Virus record (IMG/VR): IMGVR_UViG_3300024308_000018
Span: 165,747-229,746 of that record
Length of the DNA: 64,000 nt
Reading direction: 5' to 3' (one strand)
The position numbers were made by a program, and so were the translations under genes. A model generated the notes under the pieces. The model was given only the letters and a program-made list of their open reading frames with translations. It searched no databases and was not told where the DNA came from. Each line of letters opens with the position of its first letter. The first letter of the stretch is position 1. Of the stretch, positions 45,182 to 55,800 are shown piece after piece.

Positions 45182-46894
45182 TTATACCTGTCCACGTTCA
45201 ATGAGGGAAACCACCGCCTTGAGGCCGCCCGTCGGGGCTACGTTCAAGTTCAGGTGAATACGTTTGGTGTAGCGGGTCGGGTCGAGGAAGATGTCGACGT
45301 ACAGATCACCGTTCGCGCTGCTGGCGTTGGTGTTGTTGCGACGGTCAACTACCGATTCGTACCAGTCCAGACCACGGCCATTGGCGGCAGGCTGCAACAC
45401 GTTGTCGTCGAGGTCAGTCTTCAGCTCTTTGCGGAGCACGGTACTGTCGTTCTCGAAGTTGTAACGCAGGAAGCTGACGCGCACGCTTTCAGTAATGACG
45501 GAAAGCAGACGTTGCACACCGATGTCGTCCAGCGGCGAGCGCTTGCCGTTCATGGTGTCCGCGTTCCACATGTAGATACCGACGGCATCGTTGGGTGCGA
45601 CCGGAGACTTGAAGTGGATCGGGAAGTTGATCTGGTTATCGTTGAGGATGTCACGCACCGGAAGCGGGGCTTCATGGCGCAGGCGCAGACCCCACGGGAA
45701 ACCACCACGATTCAGACCAGCAGGCGCGAGCCAGCTACGATCCTTATCGCACTCCAACATCGCGTAGGTCATTGCCACAGAGCAGGGAACCCACATGTTG
45801 CGCTCCACGCTGGATGCGCGGTACTCGATGTCGTTGTTGCTCAGGGTGGCGAACGCGGTAGCCATGTTCATGCCCATGCCGTCGAGCAACTTGCGACCGT
45901 AGCGGTAGGCGATAGCATCTTCATGATACTGCCACTGCACAGGCACGTTGTTGTTCGAGATGCAGTCCATGCGGTCTTCAGCGATTTCCGCAATCTTGGC
46001 TGCGATGGCCGGGTGAGCGTAGCCGCCGTCACACGCGATACCGACGCGAACAGTTTCCCAGTCGCGGTAGTTCTCCCAGCCTTCCAGCATGAGAGCCAGC
46101 GAACGGTTGCGGACTTCTTCGTCATCGCTGTAGATGTCGATCTCGTCGCCGTCGCTACCGTGCAGCAGTTGGCCGTGCGGTGCGTTCGGTGCGTTCGGGT
46201 CGCGGGGCCCGCCGCCGATGGCGTTGATAGCCAGATAGCGCGGGTCGTTCTTGAGCTTGTAGTGGTCTTCGTTGACGAACACCATGATGGGGCAGAGGTG
46301 ATCGTTGTTCACCATCTCTTCGATGAACTTCTGCTCGTTGTTGTCGTCCTTCTTGTAGAAGAGCGTGCAGCCACGATAGGTATGAATCGGGGTTTTGTAC
46401 CCGACGCGATACACGTAGAAGTTGAAGGACTCGCCATCCGGGTCAGTGAGGTCGGGCTCGAACGCACAGTAGTAGTTCTTGCCGTTGTCGCCGCCGTGAC
46501 GTGCAGCTACCAGCATGATGTCCTTGTCGTTGAACAGCACGGTGTCGAGGTTGTCGAGACCAGCAGCAAGGTTGCGGGTAGTGGCGAAGTTGTTGAAGGT
46601 GGTGATCATGGTAGCAGCGAACTTCACGTTGCTGCCGATACGGGTGATGTTGAGGTAGCGCGCTTGGGACGCCAGCAGCTTCAGGATCTCAACGTTCTGC
46701 CAGTAGCGTCCAACGGACGGGCCAAGCAGATCGTCGACTTCGGAAGCAAGAACACGCATGTTCTTACCCACGACCCCGAGAGGGAGAGGCATAACCAAAG
46801 TAGCGACCCCACCTACAGCCAGAACAGCATTCGCCCCACGATCATTGATCGAGAAGTAAACGCCAGCACTGGTGTGTTGTGTAATAAAGGCCAT
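45182..46894 (-). CDS. Tail sheath protein
   Basis: AGVY..I.DR N-terminus; WLAPAGLNRG, QINF, RLL, V.DRRNNT...NG.L.VDI...P C-terminal sheath motifs. Confidence 0.93.
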   Translation of the reverse strand: MAFITQHTSAGVYFSINDRGANAVLAVGGVATLVMPLPLGVVGKNMRVLASEVDDLLGPSVGRYWQNVEILKLLASQARYLNITRIGSNVKFAATMITTFNNFATTRNLAAGLDNLDTVLFNDKDIMLVAARHGGDNGKNYYCAFEPDLTDPDGESFNFYVYRVGYKTPIHTYRGCTLFYKKDDNNEQKFIEEMVNNDHLCPIMVFVNEDHYKLKNDPRYLAINAIGGGPRDPNAPNAPHGQLLHGSDGDEIDIYSDDEEVRNRSLALMLEGWENYRDWETVRVGIACDGGYAHPAIAAKIAEIAEDRMDCISNNNVPVQWQYHEDAIAYRYGRKLLDGMGMNMATAFATLSNNDIEYRASSVERNMWVPCSVAMTYAMLECDKDRSWLAPAGLNRGGFPWGLRLRHEAPLPVRDILNDNQINFPIHFKSPVAPNDAVGIYMWNADTMNGKRSPLDDIGVQRLLSVITESVRVSFLRYNFENDSTVLRKELKTDLDDNVLQPAANGRGLDWYESVVDRRNNTNASSANGDLYVDIFLDPTRYTKRIHLNLNVAPTGGLKAVVSLIERGQV

Positions 46895-46919
46895 TGGGAT
46901 TCTCCATTCGAATGGACAT

Positions 46920-47303
46920 CTATAAATTACGGACTACCGCTGTAATGGACACCACAGTTGGCTGTGCTGCAACGATAATCAGCGAATCTATCGAGCCAGT
47001 CATCGCGAAAATCCCAGTGCAGGGCAGTGCCGCACCGCCGATCATAATGGTGATCGGAAAGCTAGACTCGATAGCAATCATTCCGTCGATGTTCTTCACT
47101 TCCACGCCACGGGAGTCGACGGTCAGTGTGTTTTGAGACAGCGATTGATTGTCGCCGCCTTTCACCGGAGCTTGTTTGGTCTGACGCTTGATAAGCGACC
47201 GACCGCGACCGCCTGCAACGTGCTGGATACTAAGATCCATAATCAACGTGCTATCGGTCGGGCGGAATCTGGTTCGCGCGTTTTGATGTGAAATACTGGT
47301 CAT
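46920..47303 (-). CDS. Hypothetical virion/neck protein
   Basis: ATGA-coupled, 127 aa. Confidence 0.5.
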   Translation of the reverse strand: MTSISHQNARTRFRPTDSTLIMDLSIQHVAGGRGRSLIKRQTKQAPVKGGDNQSLSQNTLTVDSRGVEVKNIDGMIAIESSFPITIMIGGAALPCTGIFAMTGSIDSLIIVAAQPTVVSITAVVRNL

Positions 47304-48073
47304 CGCATTCCTCGCATCAGCAGATCGATTGTTGACTGGGCGCGGCGCAGGTCGTCTGCTTCCTCGGCACTGATAGCGTACTGAGGGTCGAACAGAATGC
47401 TGTTCAATTCCTCAAGCTCGTCCTCGGGCGGAGTTGGATTAGCATCGACGTTGAATTGCACGGAGCCGTAGTTGTTGATCTTGGATATATCGCGGATGAA
47501 GCCGATCTTTGACGTGACGTCGAGTGAGAAATTGACTGCCGCAGTGCCGGGCGTGCTGCCCTCGTTGAGGTCGTCAATCATTGGCAACGGCATGGACTTG
47601 CCACCACCACTCAGCGTTACATTGCTGAACCATTTGTTCCGCGCGTAGCTGATCTCAGAACCCAGCATGCCTACGGGGAAGAAGATAGCGGCTGCCGTAC
47701 AGAAGGCGATAGCCTCTTGCATGTCCTGAAACTTGATCTCACACTCGCAGTTGATTAGCACTGGAATGAGAAATGACCGTTGCAGCACCGCGTTATTCTG
47801 ACCGCCTGCTACCACACCATCACCAGTACCCACGCGCAGCATGTTCTTGATGTTGTTCTCGGTGACGTTGATCGCCGTCATCTTGAACCCGCCGTGGGGA
47901 TACGCGGTGCCCGTTGCTTTACTTGCGCGGAGACCTTGCTTCCAGTTGTTGTGGAACTGAAGGCTGAAGTTCTCGACGCCCATGACGTCTTTGAATTGTT
48001 CCTTGAGCGCACGTACTGTCAGGAGTAACGGCGCGGGATCAATCATGCGAGACATTGACCCTAACATTGCCAT
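47300..48073 (-). CDS. Putative tail completion/neck protein
   Basis: Position between the MCP block and the sheath gene. The start is uncertain. Confidence 0.5.
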   Translation of the reverse strand: MAMLGSMSRMIDPAPLLLTVRALKEQFKDVMGVENFSLQFHNNWKQGLRASKATGTAYPHGGFKMTAINVTENNIKNMLRVGTGDGVVAGGQNNAVLQRSFLIPVLINCECEIKFQDMQEAIAFCTAAAIFFPVGMLGSEISYARNKWFSNVTLSGGGKSMPLPMIDDLNEGSTPGTAAVNFSLDVTSKIGFIRDISKINNYGSVQFNVDANPTPPEDELEELNSILFDPQYAISAEEADDLRRAQSTIDLLMRGMR

Positions 48074-48086
48074 ATTTTGCCTCAGA

Positions 48087-48115
48087 AACAAGAAGAGCCA
48101 GCACTAGGCTGGCTC
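48087..48115 (-). terminator. Terminator after the MCP operon
   Basis: - strand GAGCCAGC-CTAGT-GCTGGCTC-TTCTTGTTT. Confidence 0.8.
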
Positions 48116-48124
48116 GGGGTTCCC

Positions 48125-48556
48125 CTAGTCGATATTGCTGATAGTCAGCTTGATCAGGGAACGTTGAACGTCGGAACTTTCTGATTCGAAAGAGTCGTCA
48201 GCTTCTTCGTCTTCGTCTTCGAAGTCGATTACGCCGAGATCAATTTGGTCATCGTCATCCGAGTCGTCATCCGCGACGCTCAAGATGTCTTCCAGAGGAT
48301 CGGACATCTTGCTGAGTCGGCCAGCACGCGACAGTTCGGAACTGAGGGAATCAATGACATCCCCCAATTCCGATTCCGGCGCAAGAATGGCGGAACTCAA
48401 ACTGCACGCGACTTCATTGTTATCCACCAAGGTGGCAATGAGTTCGGGTGCGTCATCGGCGTGAGCCGCTTGACTGAAGAGTTCCGCTGCATCCTGTACG
48501 CGACCGCTACGGAGCGCCGAGATTGACATTGCTATCAAACTGGCGCTCAGCTTCAT
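48125..48556 (-). CDS. Small acidic head-assembly protein rich in SxS motifs
   Basis: ATGA-coupled to the MCP. Contains SAS, SIS, SLS (x2) and SES, and an acidic C-terminus. Confidence 0.6.
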   Translation of the reverse strand: MKLSASLIAMSISALRSGRVQDAAELFSQAAHADDAPELIATLVDNNEVACSLSSAILAPESELGDVIDSLSSELSRAGRLSKMSDPLEDILSVADDDSDDDDQIDLGVIDFEDEDEEADDSFESESSDVQRSLIKLTISNID

Positions 48557-49653
48557 TGACGCTTAGCCAGAGCCAGACCTTGGGTGTTGGCAACAACCAT
48601 GGACAGGATTTCGCTGATCAGCCAGCCCTTGTCGGTGTTACCTTCGTTGGCGCCAGTGGTAGCTTCGCTGGTTGCGCCGCCGCGAGTGGTGTACGCGCCG
48701 AGGTATTCCGGAGTGGCGAAGGTAAACAGGGTGCCACGTTCCAGAACACGTTGGGTCGGATCACGGAAACCGTCGGTGATCAGATCCATGCCCAGCAGGG
48801 TAGCCAGACGGCCAGTGCTCAGCAGCTCGTAACGGGTAACCGGTTCCAGAGCTTCCATCCACACGGAGCCACCGATCATGTCAGTCCAGAAGTCGGAAGA
48901 CAGAACGGTGCCCGCGACCGGAATGTTCCAGCTGTCGATCTGGTCGCGCATGGCGGCCAAGTGACCCGGCAGCAGCTTGTCGTGCAGGTAGGTGATCGGG
49001 TTGCCACGACCAACGGCCTGATATACGGCGTCCATGAACAGACGGTCTTCTTTGACCACTACGGACTGGTGAGCGTCGCGCTCAGCACGGCCCATCAGGT
49101 CACCAGCGATCTGGTGCATGTCGATCACCGGAACGCGCACAGCGGACTTGACTTCGAACTCTTGCGGGTTGAAGACTTTGCCGCGCAGGATTTGGTAACC
49201 CAGATCGGACGGGCCAGTTGCGACCACGGCGTGGCAGACGTGTTGTTTCAGTTCGACACGCGCGATTTCGCCTTGACGCAGGGTGCTGCCTTGCAGCAGG
49301 TTACGCATCAGGCCGGAACGCTCGGCACGGTCTTCAACGCGTGCAACGATGCTGGAGCCCAGAGACGCCCACTTGGACGGATCGTTGGCAGCTTCCATGA
49401 ACACTTCGTTGCCCAAACGGATGCGGTCAGCGCTGGACATGGAAGCCTGCATGGAGCCGACTTGATCTTCTTGAACCAGAACGACGTCGCCGTTCTTCAT
49501 CATGTCCATGTAACGTTGGCCTTGGGCCAGCGCGTCTTTCTTGTTGATGGCGTTCAGGTCGCCGGATGCGGAGAACATCGGCAGGTCGGTAACGGGACGG
49601 CCATCGCGAGTAACGGCAACAACAGCGCCCTTGGCTTTTGCATATTGAGTCAT
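48553..49653 (-). CDS. Major capsid protein (HK97 fold)
   Basis: AGGAA RBS gives MTQYAK at 49653. Strongest codon bias in the window. Lies downstream of protease and scaffold. HK97-like pattern (VVVKEDRLF, TGRLATLLGMDLITD). Confidence 0.85.
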   Translation of the reverse strand: MTQYAKAKGAVVAVTRDGRPVTDLPMFSASGDLNAINKKDALAQGQRYMDMMKNGDVVLVQEDQVGSMQASMSSADRIRLGNEVFMEAANDPSKWASLGSSIVARVEDRAERSGLMRNLLQGSTLRQGEIARVELKQHVCHAVVATGPSDLGYQILRGKVFNPQEFEVKSAVRVPVIDMHQIAGDLMGRAERDAHQSVVVKEDRLFMDAVYQAVGRGNPITYLHDKLLPGHLAAMRDQIDSWNIPVAGTVLSSDFWTDMIGGSVWMEALEPVTRYELLSTGRLATLLGMDLITDGFRDPTQRVLERGTLFTFATPEYLGAYTTRGGATSEATTGANEGNTDKGWLISEILSMVVANTQGLALAKRQ

Positions 49654-49684
49654 GAGAAGGAATTCCTGTTCAAAGTGGTAGGTT

Positions 49685-49710
49685 ATGTGGGGGCGAACAT
49701 CGCGCCCCAC
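49685..49710 (-). promoter_or_regulatory. GC hairpin in the MCP 5' leader
   Basis: GTGGGGCG.../...CGCCCCCAC between the TAATTTG motif and the MCP RBS. No U-tract. Confidence 0.45.
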
Positions 49711-49735
49711 AAATTAGCAAACGCAGCTTACTGGA

Positions 49736-50449
49736 TTAGTAAGCGTGAACTTCCAGCAGCAGGAATTCACCTTCAGCTGACGGGCGGTTCAGAACGGTAA
49801 CGTTCTTCAGCACGGTGCCTTGACCAGCAGTGGTCAGCATGCCATCGGGGCCCAGACGCGGGTTCAGCACGTCAGTCCAGTCAACGCTGGAGTCGTAGAA
49901 GCTGGTCGCGATGTCGCCGACAACCAAGAAGGACTCTTGGTTTTGAGCGTTACCGGGATGGCCGCCGTGCGGGGCGTCACCAGTGATCTGTTGAGCTTCG
50001 GTGACGGTCGGCTCGTAGTGGTACTGGATCTCAGCAGGCTTGCCCAGATCGTCGGCGTGGAAGTAGAACATGTCTTTGACACGGTTCACCTTACCAGCGG
50101 CGTCCGGAGCTTGGGCGTCGGCACCGATGGCGGTTACCACGGCATCACCGATACGAACCAGCAGCTTGCCCGCGACCGGAACGCGGATGGTGCTGAAGGT
50201 GGCGACAGCAGCGCCGTCCAGCTTGGAGATCTTGAACGCTTCTACCTTCGGCACGTACTGCGGAGGAACGGCACGGGACAGGCGGAAGCCAGCGAATTGC
50301 TCGTCAGCAGCACCAGTGGAAGGACGAACGACACGGACGCCATCTTCTTTGACGGAGACCAGAGCCTGACCTTCTTCAGTGATAAAGACACCAGCGGCCT
50401 TCGGTGCGAAGCTGGTCTTGAGTACGCGAGTTGCTTGCAGGTTAATCAT
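49736..50449 (-). CDS. Abundant head structural protein (decoration/cement-like)
   Basis: AAGGA RBS gives MINLQ at 50449. High-expression codons. Directly upstream of the MCP. Confidence 0.65.
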   Translation of the reverse strand: MINLQATRVLKTSFAPKAAGVFITEEGQALVSVKEDGVRVVRPSTGAADEQFAGFRLSRAVPPQYVPKVEAFKISKLDGAAVATFSTIRVPVAGKLLVRIGDAVVTAIGADAQAPDAAGKVNRVKDMFYFHADDLGKPAEIQYHYEPTVTEAQQITGDAPHGGHPGNAQNQESFLVVGDIATSFYDSSVDWTDVLNPRLGPDGMLTTAGQGTVLKNVTVLNRPSAEGEFLLLEVHAY

Positions 50450-50519
50450 GAGATTGATTCCTTGTAGGACGTAATGGTTACTGGGCACCGTATCGTTGGT
50501 GCCCAAAGTTCAGCGACAT

Positions 50520-52817
50520 TTATTTCAGGCCGAGGGCCGCCATCTTCTGTTCCCATGCGAGGGCGTCAGAGGACTTGGAGGCGATCTTGTCTTCAGGCTC
50601 TTGCGCAGGCTTGCGCACGACCTTACCGATTTCGGTAGCGCCGTTGGCAGACACGGAGGCAACGTTGATCTCTTCGATGGCACGGCTTACTTCGTTGTAG
50701 CCTTCGACAGACATTGCGCTCAGGGACTGTGCACGGGAGTAGACGGAAGCCATGAGTTCGGCACCCTGTTCGGCGAAGGCCGAGGATACCATCTCACGGG
50801 CGCTGCTCAGGCTCATGCCACCAGCAACCATCTTGTTCACCAGCGCGGACGCAACAGCGTTGTCATCCTGCTTCCAGAAGCCGCGAGTCAGACCGACAAA
50901 TGCGGTGCTGACGCTTGCTTGGTAGCGTTCGGTGGTATCGGCAACGATGGTGTTGATTTCGCTTTGCAGACGGTCGGCACGCTCGTCAGCGGACTTGCTT
51001 GCACGTTGTTGCAGAACGTTGCTGACGCTGACGTTGAATTCCACCGGAGTGAAGCCCAAGTCGGTCAGGGCCTGCTCCAGACCGTTCTCGCGGGCCGAAG
51101 CACTGAGTACGTTAGGCAGAGTACCGTTGCGGAACAGCAGCTTGGCCTTGTCTTCGTCACCCAGCGCAGTAGACAGAGCGGTCAGGTTCAGGGAACCCAG
51201 CGGCAGGTTGTCGTAGATGGCGTGATAGCGGCTCTTACCGTCGAACACACAGGACAGAGAGTCGAGGTTGAATTCCGCATCAGCGACCAAGGCTTCCGCC
51301 GCGCTGATAGAAATTACCGAACTCTCGGATTCCATGTCACCATCTTCGTCCTCGAAGTCCAGCTCGGAAAGCTCGTCGTCGGTCAACATGGTGTCGGGAT
51401 CTTCGCCATCATCATCACCTTCGTCGCCGGAGGTGGATTCCAGAGAGAAGTCGCCAGTGGCTTCGAAATCGGACTCTTCGTCCTCTTCCTCGTCCTCTTC
51501 GTCTTCTTCGTCTTCTTCGTCTTCGTCGTCGAATTCAGGCATGTCGTCACCTTCGTCTTCGTCGTCGAAGTCGTCACCGGACAGGCTGGCTTCGCCATCG
51601 TCGCCCATGTCTTCGTCGTCGTCGAGTTCGAGGTCTTCCTCTTCCTCGTCGTCGAACTCTTCTTCCTCACCGGAAGCAGACAGGAGGTCTTCGTCTTCCG
51701 CATCCAGCTCGGCCAGATCGGATTCCAGATCGTCGAGGGAAGACTCGTCGCCAACGGTGTCGGCGGCGGGCAGGTCGGCCAGATCTTCTTCGCTCGGTTC
51801 TACCAGCGGAGCGTCGCACTCGGAGCAGAAGTTGGCATCAGCAGAGCTGCACGCCATGAAACCGCAACCGTCGTGGCACTTGAACAGGTGAATGTTCAGA
51901 GCGTCGTGGGCGAGTTCAGCACCAGTGCCAGACAGAGAATCCATCACGCTGCTGGTAACGTTGTTACCGGTGTACGGGTTGAACGCGCACGCAGAGTTGG
52001 AGATGAAGTTCTCGTCGGTGTTCTTGTGATCGAAGTGGCTTGCGTTCGGCGCGCCGTTGATCAGAAGGTCGCGCAGCCCGTTAAGGGCACCGGACACTGA
52101 CGGAGCGAATACGTGCAAACGCTGATCAATTTTTCCAATTTTCTTGATCATGTTCTCGGGTTCCTCAAGGGGAGCGTTACAGTGAGCGCAGAAAACGATG
52201 TCCGCCGAAGTAGACAACGTTACAGGGTGGCTGCAACCAGCAGCGCACTTGAATTTGTGAAACACGCCGCTGAATTCAGCAACGTTGGAGCAGCTTCGTA
52301 CCGACTCTTGACCGCTATACGGATCGTAGTTCAACGTTGCGAGTTCCCCCGACAACGATGGCACGGTGCCGGAGCGCAAGGCACGGGCATAAGCAGCGGC
52401 TTGCTCTTCGGTTCCGCAGAACAGAGGGTCGCTACCTTGCAGCAGGGCGTCAGACTCGGAGCCGAAAACGAGGTCGTGAATATCTTCCTCGCTTGCGGTG
52501 AGTGCTGCGGAGCATGAAGGGCAACGTTGCAACTGGGATTCAGACAGGATGAAGGATTGGCAGCCATCCAGACACACGGTCAGGTTAGCTTCCGCTTCCG
52601 CACTGGTAGAGGCGAATTCCGTGCCCTCTACCCCATCAAAATCATGCACTGTGCCGTAACCGCAAGGGTCATAGGCAATGCCGTTAGTTGCGAACACGGC
52701 ACCGGATTCCGATGCCATGAAACGCGCGTTCTTCCCTGTAGCAACGTCCGAAAACGCTGCTACAACTCCCGCCTTGCTGTTAGCTGCCACGACTATGCCT
52801 TTGTAGAGCTTAGACAT
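50520..52817 (-). CDS. Prohead core/scaffold protein with Cys-rich ribbons, an acidic tract and a C-terminal coiled coil
   Basis: Position upstream of the MCP. Three C...C-x(12-16)-C..C modules, a D/E tract at about 51350-51800, and about 25 SxS motifs. Confidence 0.7.
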   Translation of the reverse strand: MSKLYKGIVVAANSKAGVVAAFSDVATGKNARFMASESGAVFATNGIAYDPCGYGTVHDFDGVEGTEFASTSAEAEANLTVCLDGCQSFILSESQLQRCPSCSAALTASEEDIHDLVFGSESDALLQGSDPLFCGTEEQAAAYARALRSGTVPSLSGELATLNYDPYSGQESVRSCSNVAEFSGVFHKFKCAAGCSHPVTLSTSADIVFCAHCNAPLEEPENMIKKIGKIDQRLHVFAPSVSGALNGLRDLLINGAPNASHFDHKNTDENFISNSACAFNPYTGNNVTSSVMDSLSGTGAELAHDALNIHLFKCHDGCGFMACSSADANFCSECDAPLVEPSEEDLADLPAADTVGDESSLDDLESDLAELDAEDEDLLSASGEEEEFDDEEEEDLELDDDEDMGDDGEASLSGDDFDDEDEGDDMPEFDDEDEEDEEDEEDEEEDEESDFEATGDFSLESTSGDEGDDDGEDPDTMLTDDELSELDFEDEDGDMESESSVISISAAEALVADAEFNLDSLSCVFDGKSRYHAIYDNLPLGSLNLTALSTALGDEDKAKLLFRNGTLPNVLSASARENGLEQALTDLGFTPVEFNVSVSNVLQQRASKSADERADRLQSEINTIVADTTERYQASVSTAFVGLTRGFWKQDDNAVASALVNKMVAGGMSLSSAREMVSSAFAEQGAELMASVYSRAQSLSAMSVEGYNEVSRAIEEINVASVSANGATEIGKVVRKPAQEPEDKIASKSSDALAWEQKMAALGLK

Positions 52818-52862
52818 GGGACTTCCTCATGGTGGTTTGTTTTGGGCCACGCTTAAATTATA

Positions 52863-55800
52863 TCATGCAAGTTTCTGCCTATCCTCCGGGGTAATGAAAT
52901 TGTTCACAAAGAAACGTTCTACAACGTTGATGCCGTTGCAGTTGTAGAGGCCGCGAACACTGTTACCGCTAACCATCGTTTCCGCCAGAATCGCGAACTG
53001 TTCAGTGTCGAACGCGTAGGCGTCTTTACCCTGAGCAGGGTGAAGTTTGCGACCACTTGTAGCCTTCTTCCAGTCCAGCAACGCTGTACCTTTCAGGCCC
53101 TTGTGGAAGTAGTGCGCAAATTCATGCGTCAGCGCCTGCAACACGGTCTGGGTGTTTGCACCTCCCAGATGCTGCGCGATTTCCGACATGTTGATGTAGA
53201 TAACGGAAACCATGCGACCGCCGCTATTGAACGTTGCAATACAGGTTGCACCAGAGCCTTCGGTTCCCACCACGACAAAGTTGCCCGCCGGAAGTTTGCG
53301 AGTCATACCCAAGCATTTGCTGTTCTTTGCGAGGTCTTCCAGAATATCATCGGACAGGCGATAGGTACGCCCACCGTTGAATCCTTGACGCAGCGCGGCT
53401 TCGAAGATTTTGTTCGCCTGATAGCTTACGCTACCCGTGAACACTTCGGAGTTGTCTACGCCAGTCGGCGGAGTGGTCGGCGTCACCTTGCGGTATTCGG
53501 CGTCCCCGCTACCTTCCTCGAATGATGTGTACGCGATTTTGCCGTCATTCGCACGCGGCACATTCTGCGGGGCACTGTCTTTCCCGTAACGGCCAGCGTC
53601 GGAAATCTGAGTCGGCCAACGCTTGAGCGCATGGTTGATTACGTTCTCCGGGGTTTCGAGGAACGCACGAAGTTGCACGGTTGCCCCACGAATAGCGGGT
53701 GCAATCTGTGGGCGCATCTTCAAGTCATTCCACGCGGTCGGCGACATATCCAGCGGACGCATCTCGATTGCTGCTTCCAGCACTGCTTGAACAGCGTCAA
53801 CCACGTGGCCCGCAACTTGTTCCGTGGTGCCGGATTCGGTGCCAAGGAATTCGTCGACGAACGAGTTAACCTTCGCCATCAAGCTGTCGAACATCATGGT
53901 CGTTGCCAGCCCAGTAACAGGAGCATGCTTGAACTCAGCAAACGCACCTTCCCACTTGGTGTAGATAAGTGGGTCACTGGCGGCCTTCATTCGGATGTCG
54001 TGCAGCATGGAAGCACCGCGACGCATACGAACGCGCTTGTTCTCGATGGCGTTCAGTGGAACAACCATGGCCGAGATTTCCAGATCGATACCAGTACCGG
54101 ATCCTGTTTTCGGCAGGGCCGCAACCAACAGGTTGCTCACGTTCACCTTGCCATATGCCGTGCCATCCACGACGTCGGTCAAACCCTCAATCGCGTAGTA
54201 GAACGGCTTCGGTGCCACGTCACCCCAACGAATCGGAGTGATGAACAGCGGACGCATGTGGTTGCCCATGTCGTAGAGTTCAGAGCACAGGTTCTCGATG
54301 AACTGGCGCAGCTCAACTTCGGTGCGCAGGGACGAACGTTGCGCACTCCGCAGAATCAGGGACGACACATCTTCCCAGCTCATTTTCAGATTGAGCGGCA
54401 GGTTACGCTCGGCGGCTCCGTCCATGAAGTCGTTCCACCAGTTTTCGTAACGCTCTTGGTTTTCACCAGTAGCGCGGTCGCGGAACTGGTTACGCCATTC
54501 CAGCAGAATCTGGTTGAACTCGCGCATGTCGGACAGTGACGGCGACGACTTAGCCAGCGGGCGCAGGCCCACCAGCTGCACGGCACTCAGGAACTTGCCG
54601 ACGAATTCGAACAGGTCATCTTCGGACGGGAAGCAGGTGAGCACGAACGATTCGAGCGCGTTCTCGTTGGTGTGCAGTGCCCGCACGTTGCGGAACACGT
54701 CACGGTAGTGAGTTGGTGCAGAGCGGCGACCGTCAGACACAGACATACCAATCGGACGCAGATCCGACAGCATGTTGTAGACCTTAATCAGGCCCTGCAA
54801 TGCGCTGTCACGCTGACCGTCTTTGGTGTTCGCTGACGCGCCTTTGGCCTTGTGGATGATGCGGGTGATGCAAACCGCCGCGTCCATGTACTGCTCGGTG
54901 GTGAGGTTCGGGGCCAGTGGGCACAGGTCAACGAATGCCTGACGCGTAATGCTCAAATCGAGCGCGTCGCCGAGAGCACCAGCCAGCACGTCGCCCATCT
55001 TGCGCAGGTGCGCGCTTGCCGATTCCCACTCAACGATGTTCGATGCCGTCATCTGCTCAAGGTTCGCCGGACGCTGAACAATGAACATGCCGCGCGTTTC
55101 CGTCACGATCTCGTTCCACTGGTCAGCAGCCTTCGGCTGCTGCTTCTTGTCGTCCAGCTTCTCGCTTGCTTCACGCACAATGGTGGCCGCAACTTCCATG
55201 ATGTCGACATCGTTGTACCACTGACGGAACTTGCTGGCGATTACGGCACGCAGGCCGAGGCCGCGAGCTTGGCTTTCGTACTGGGCGGGACGCATGCCAT
55301 ACGGACGCCAGTGCGACGTCAGGTCGCAGGCAGCACGAATCTGATCAGCAACGTCTGTGGTGGTGAGGTCGCGCGGTGCGTTCTCAACCTTGCCGACAGA
55401 GGACGTGCGGTACTGTGCCAAGCGGGTGGCCGCGAAATCACGCAGCATCCACTCGACATGCTCCCACAAATCATCGAACGAGTTAACGGCGATTGAGCTG
55501 AGCGGGTTGACACCGACCATGCCGTCCGCGATAAACGTAACGACTGGTGCGGAGTAGATGTTGCCCTTTGCCACTGCCTCGTTGGCGTAGCTGCGAATCT
55601 TGCTGACGTGAACCAACGCAGGCTGGTAGCCGTACACCGCGATGTTCTGCGCTGGTGCCGCTGCCTCAATCATCTGATTCAGTTCGGCTTCGCACGTAGC
55701 GGTCACGGCATTGCCCACAGTCGCGTACTTCTCCCACACGCCGTTCTTCAGGAAACGGTAGAGGGAAGCGATTGCAGGCCAGCGACGATCTTCCGCAGGG

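Noticed and set aside
45254-46945. 563-aa antisense ORF over the sheath gene (likewise 50496-52100, 43971-45257, 28975-30327, 30650-32134, 48523-49800)
   Set aside because: Typical stop-poor reverse frames of highly expressed genes, with V/H/G-rich junk translations.
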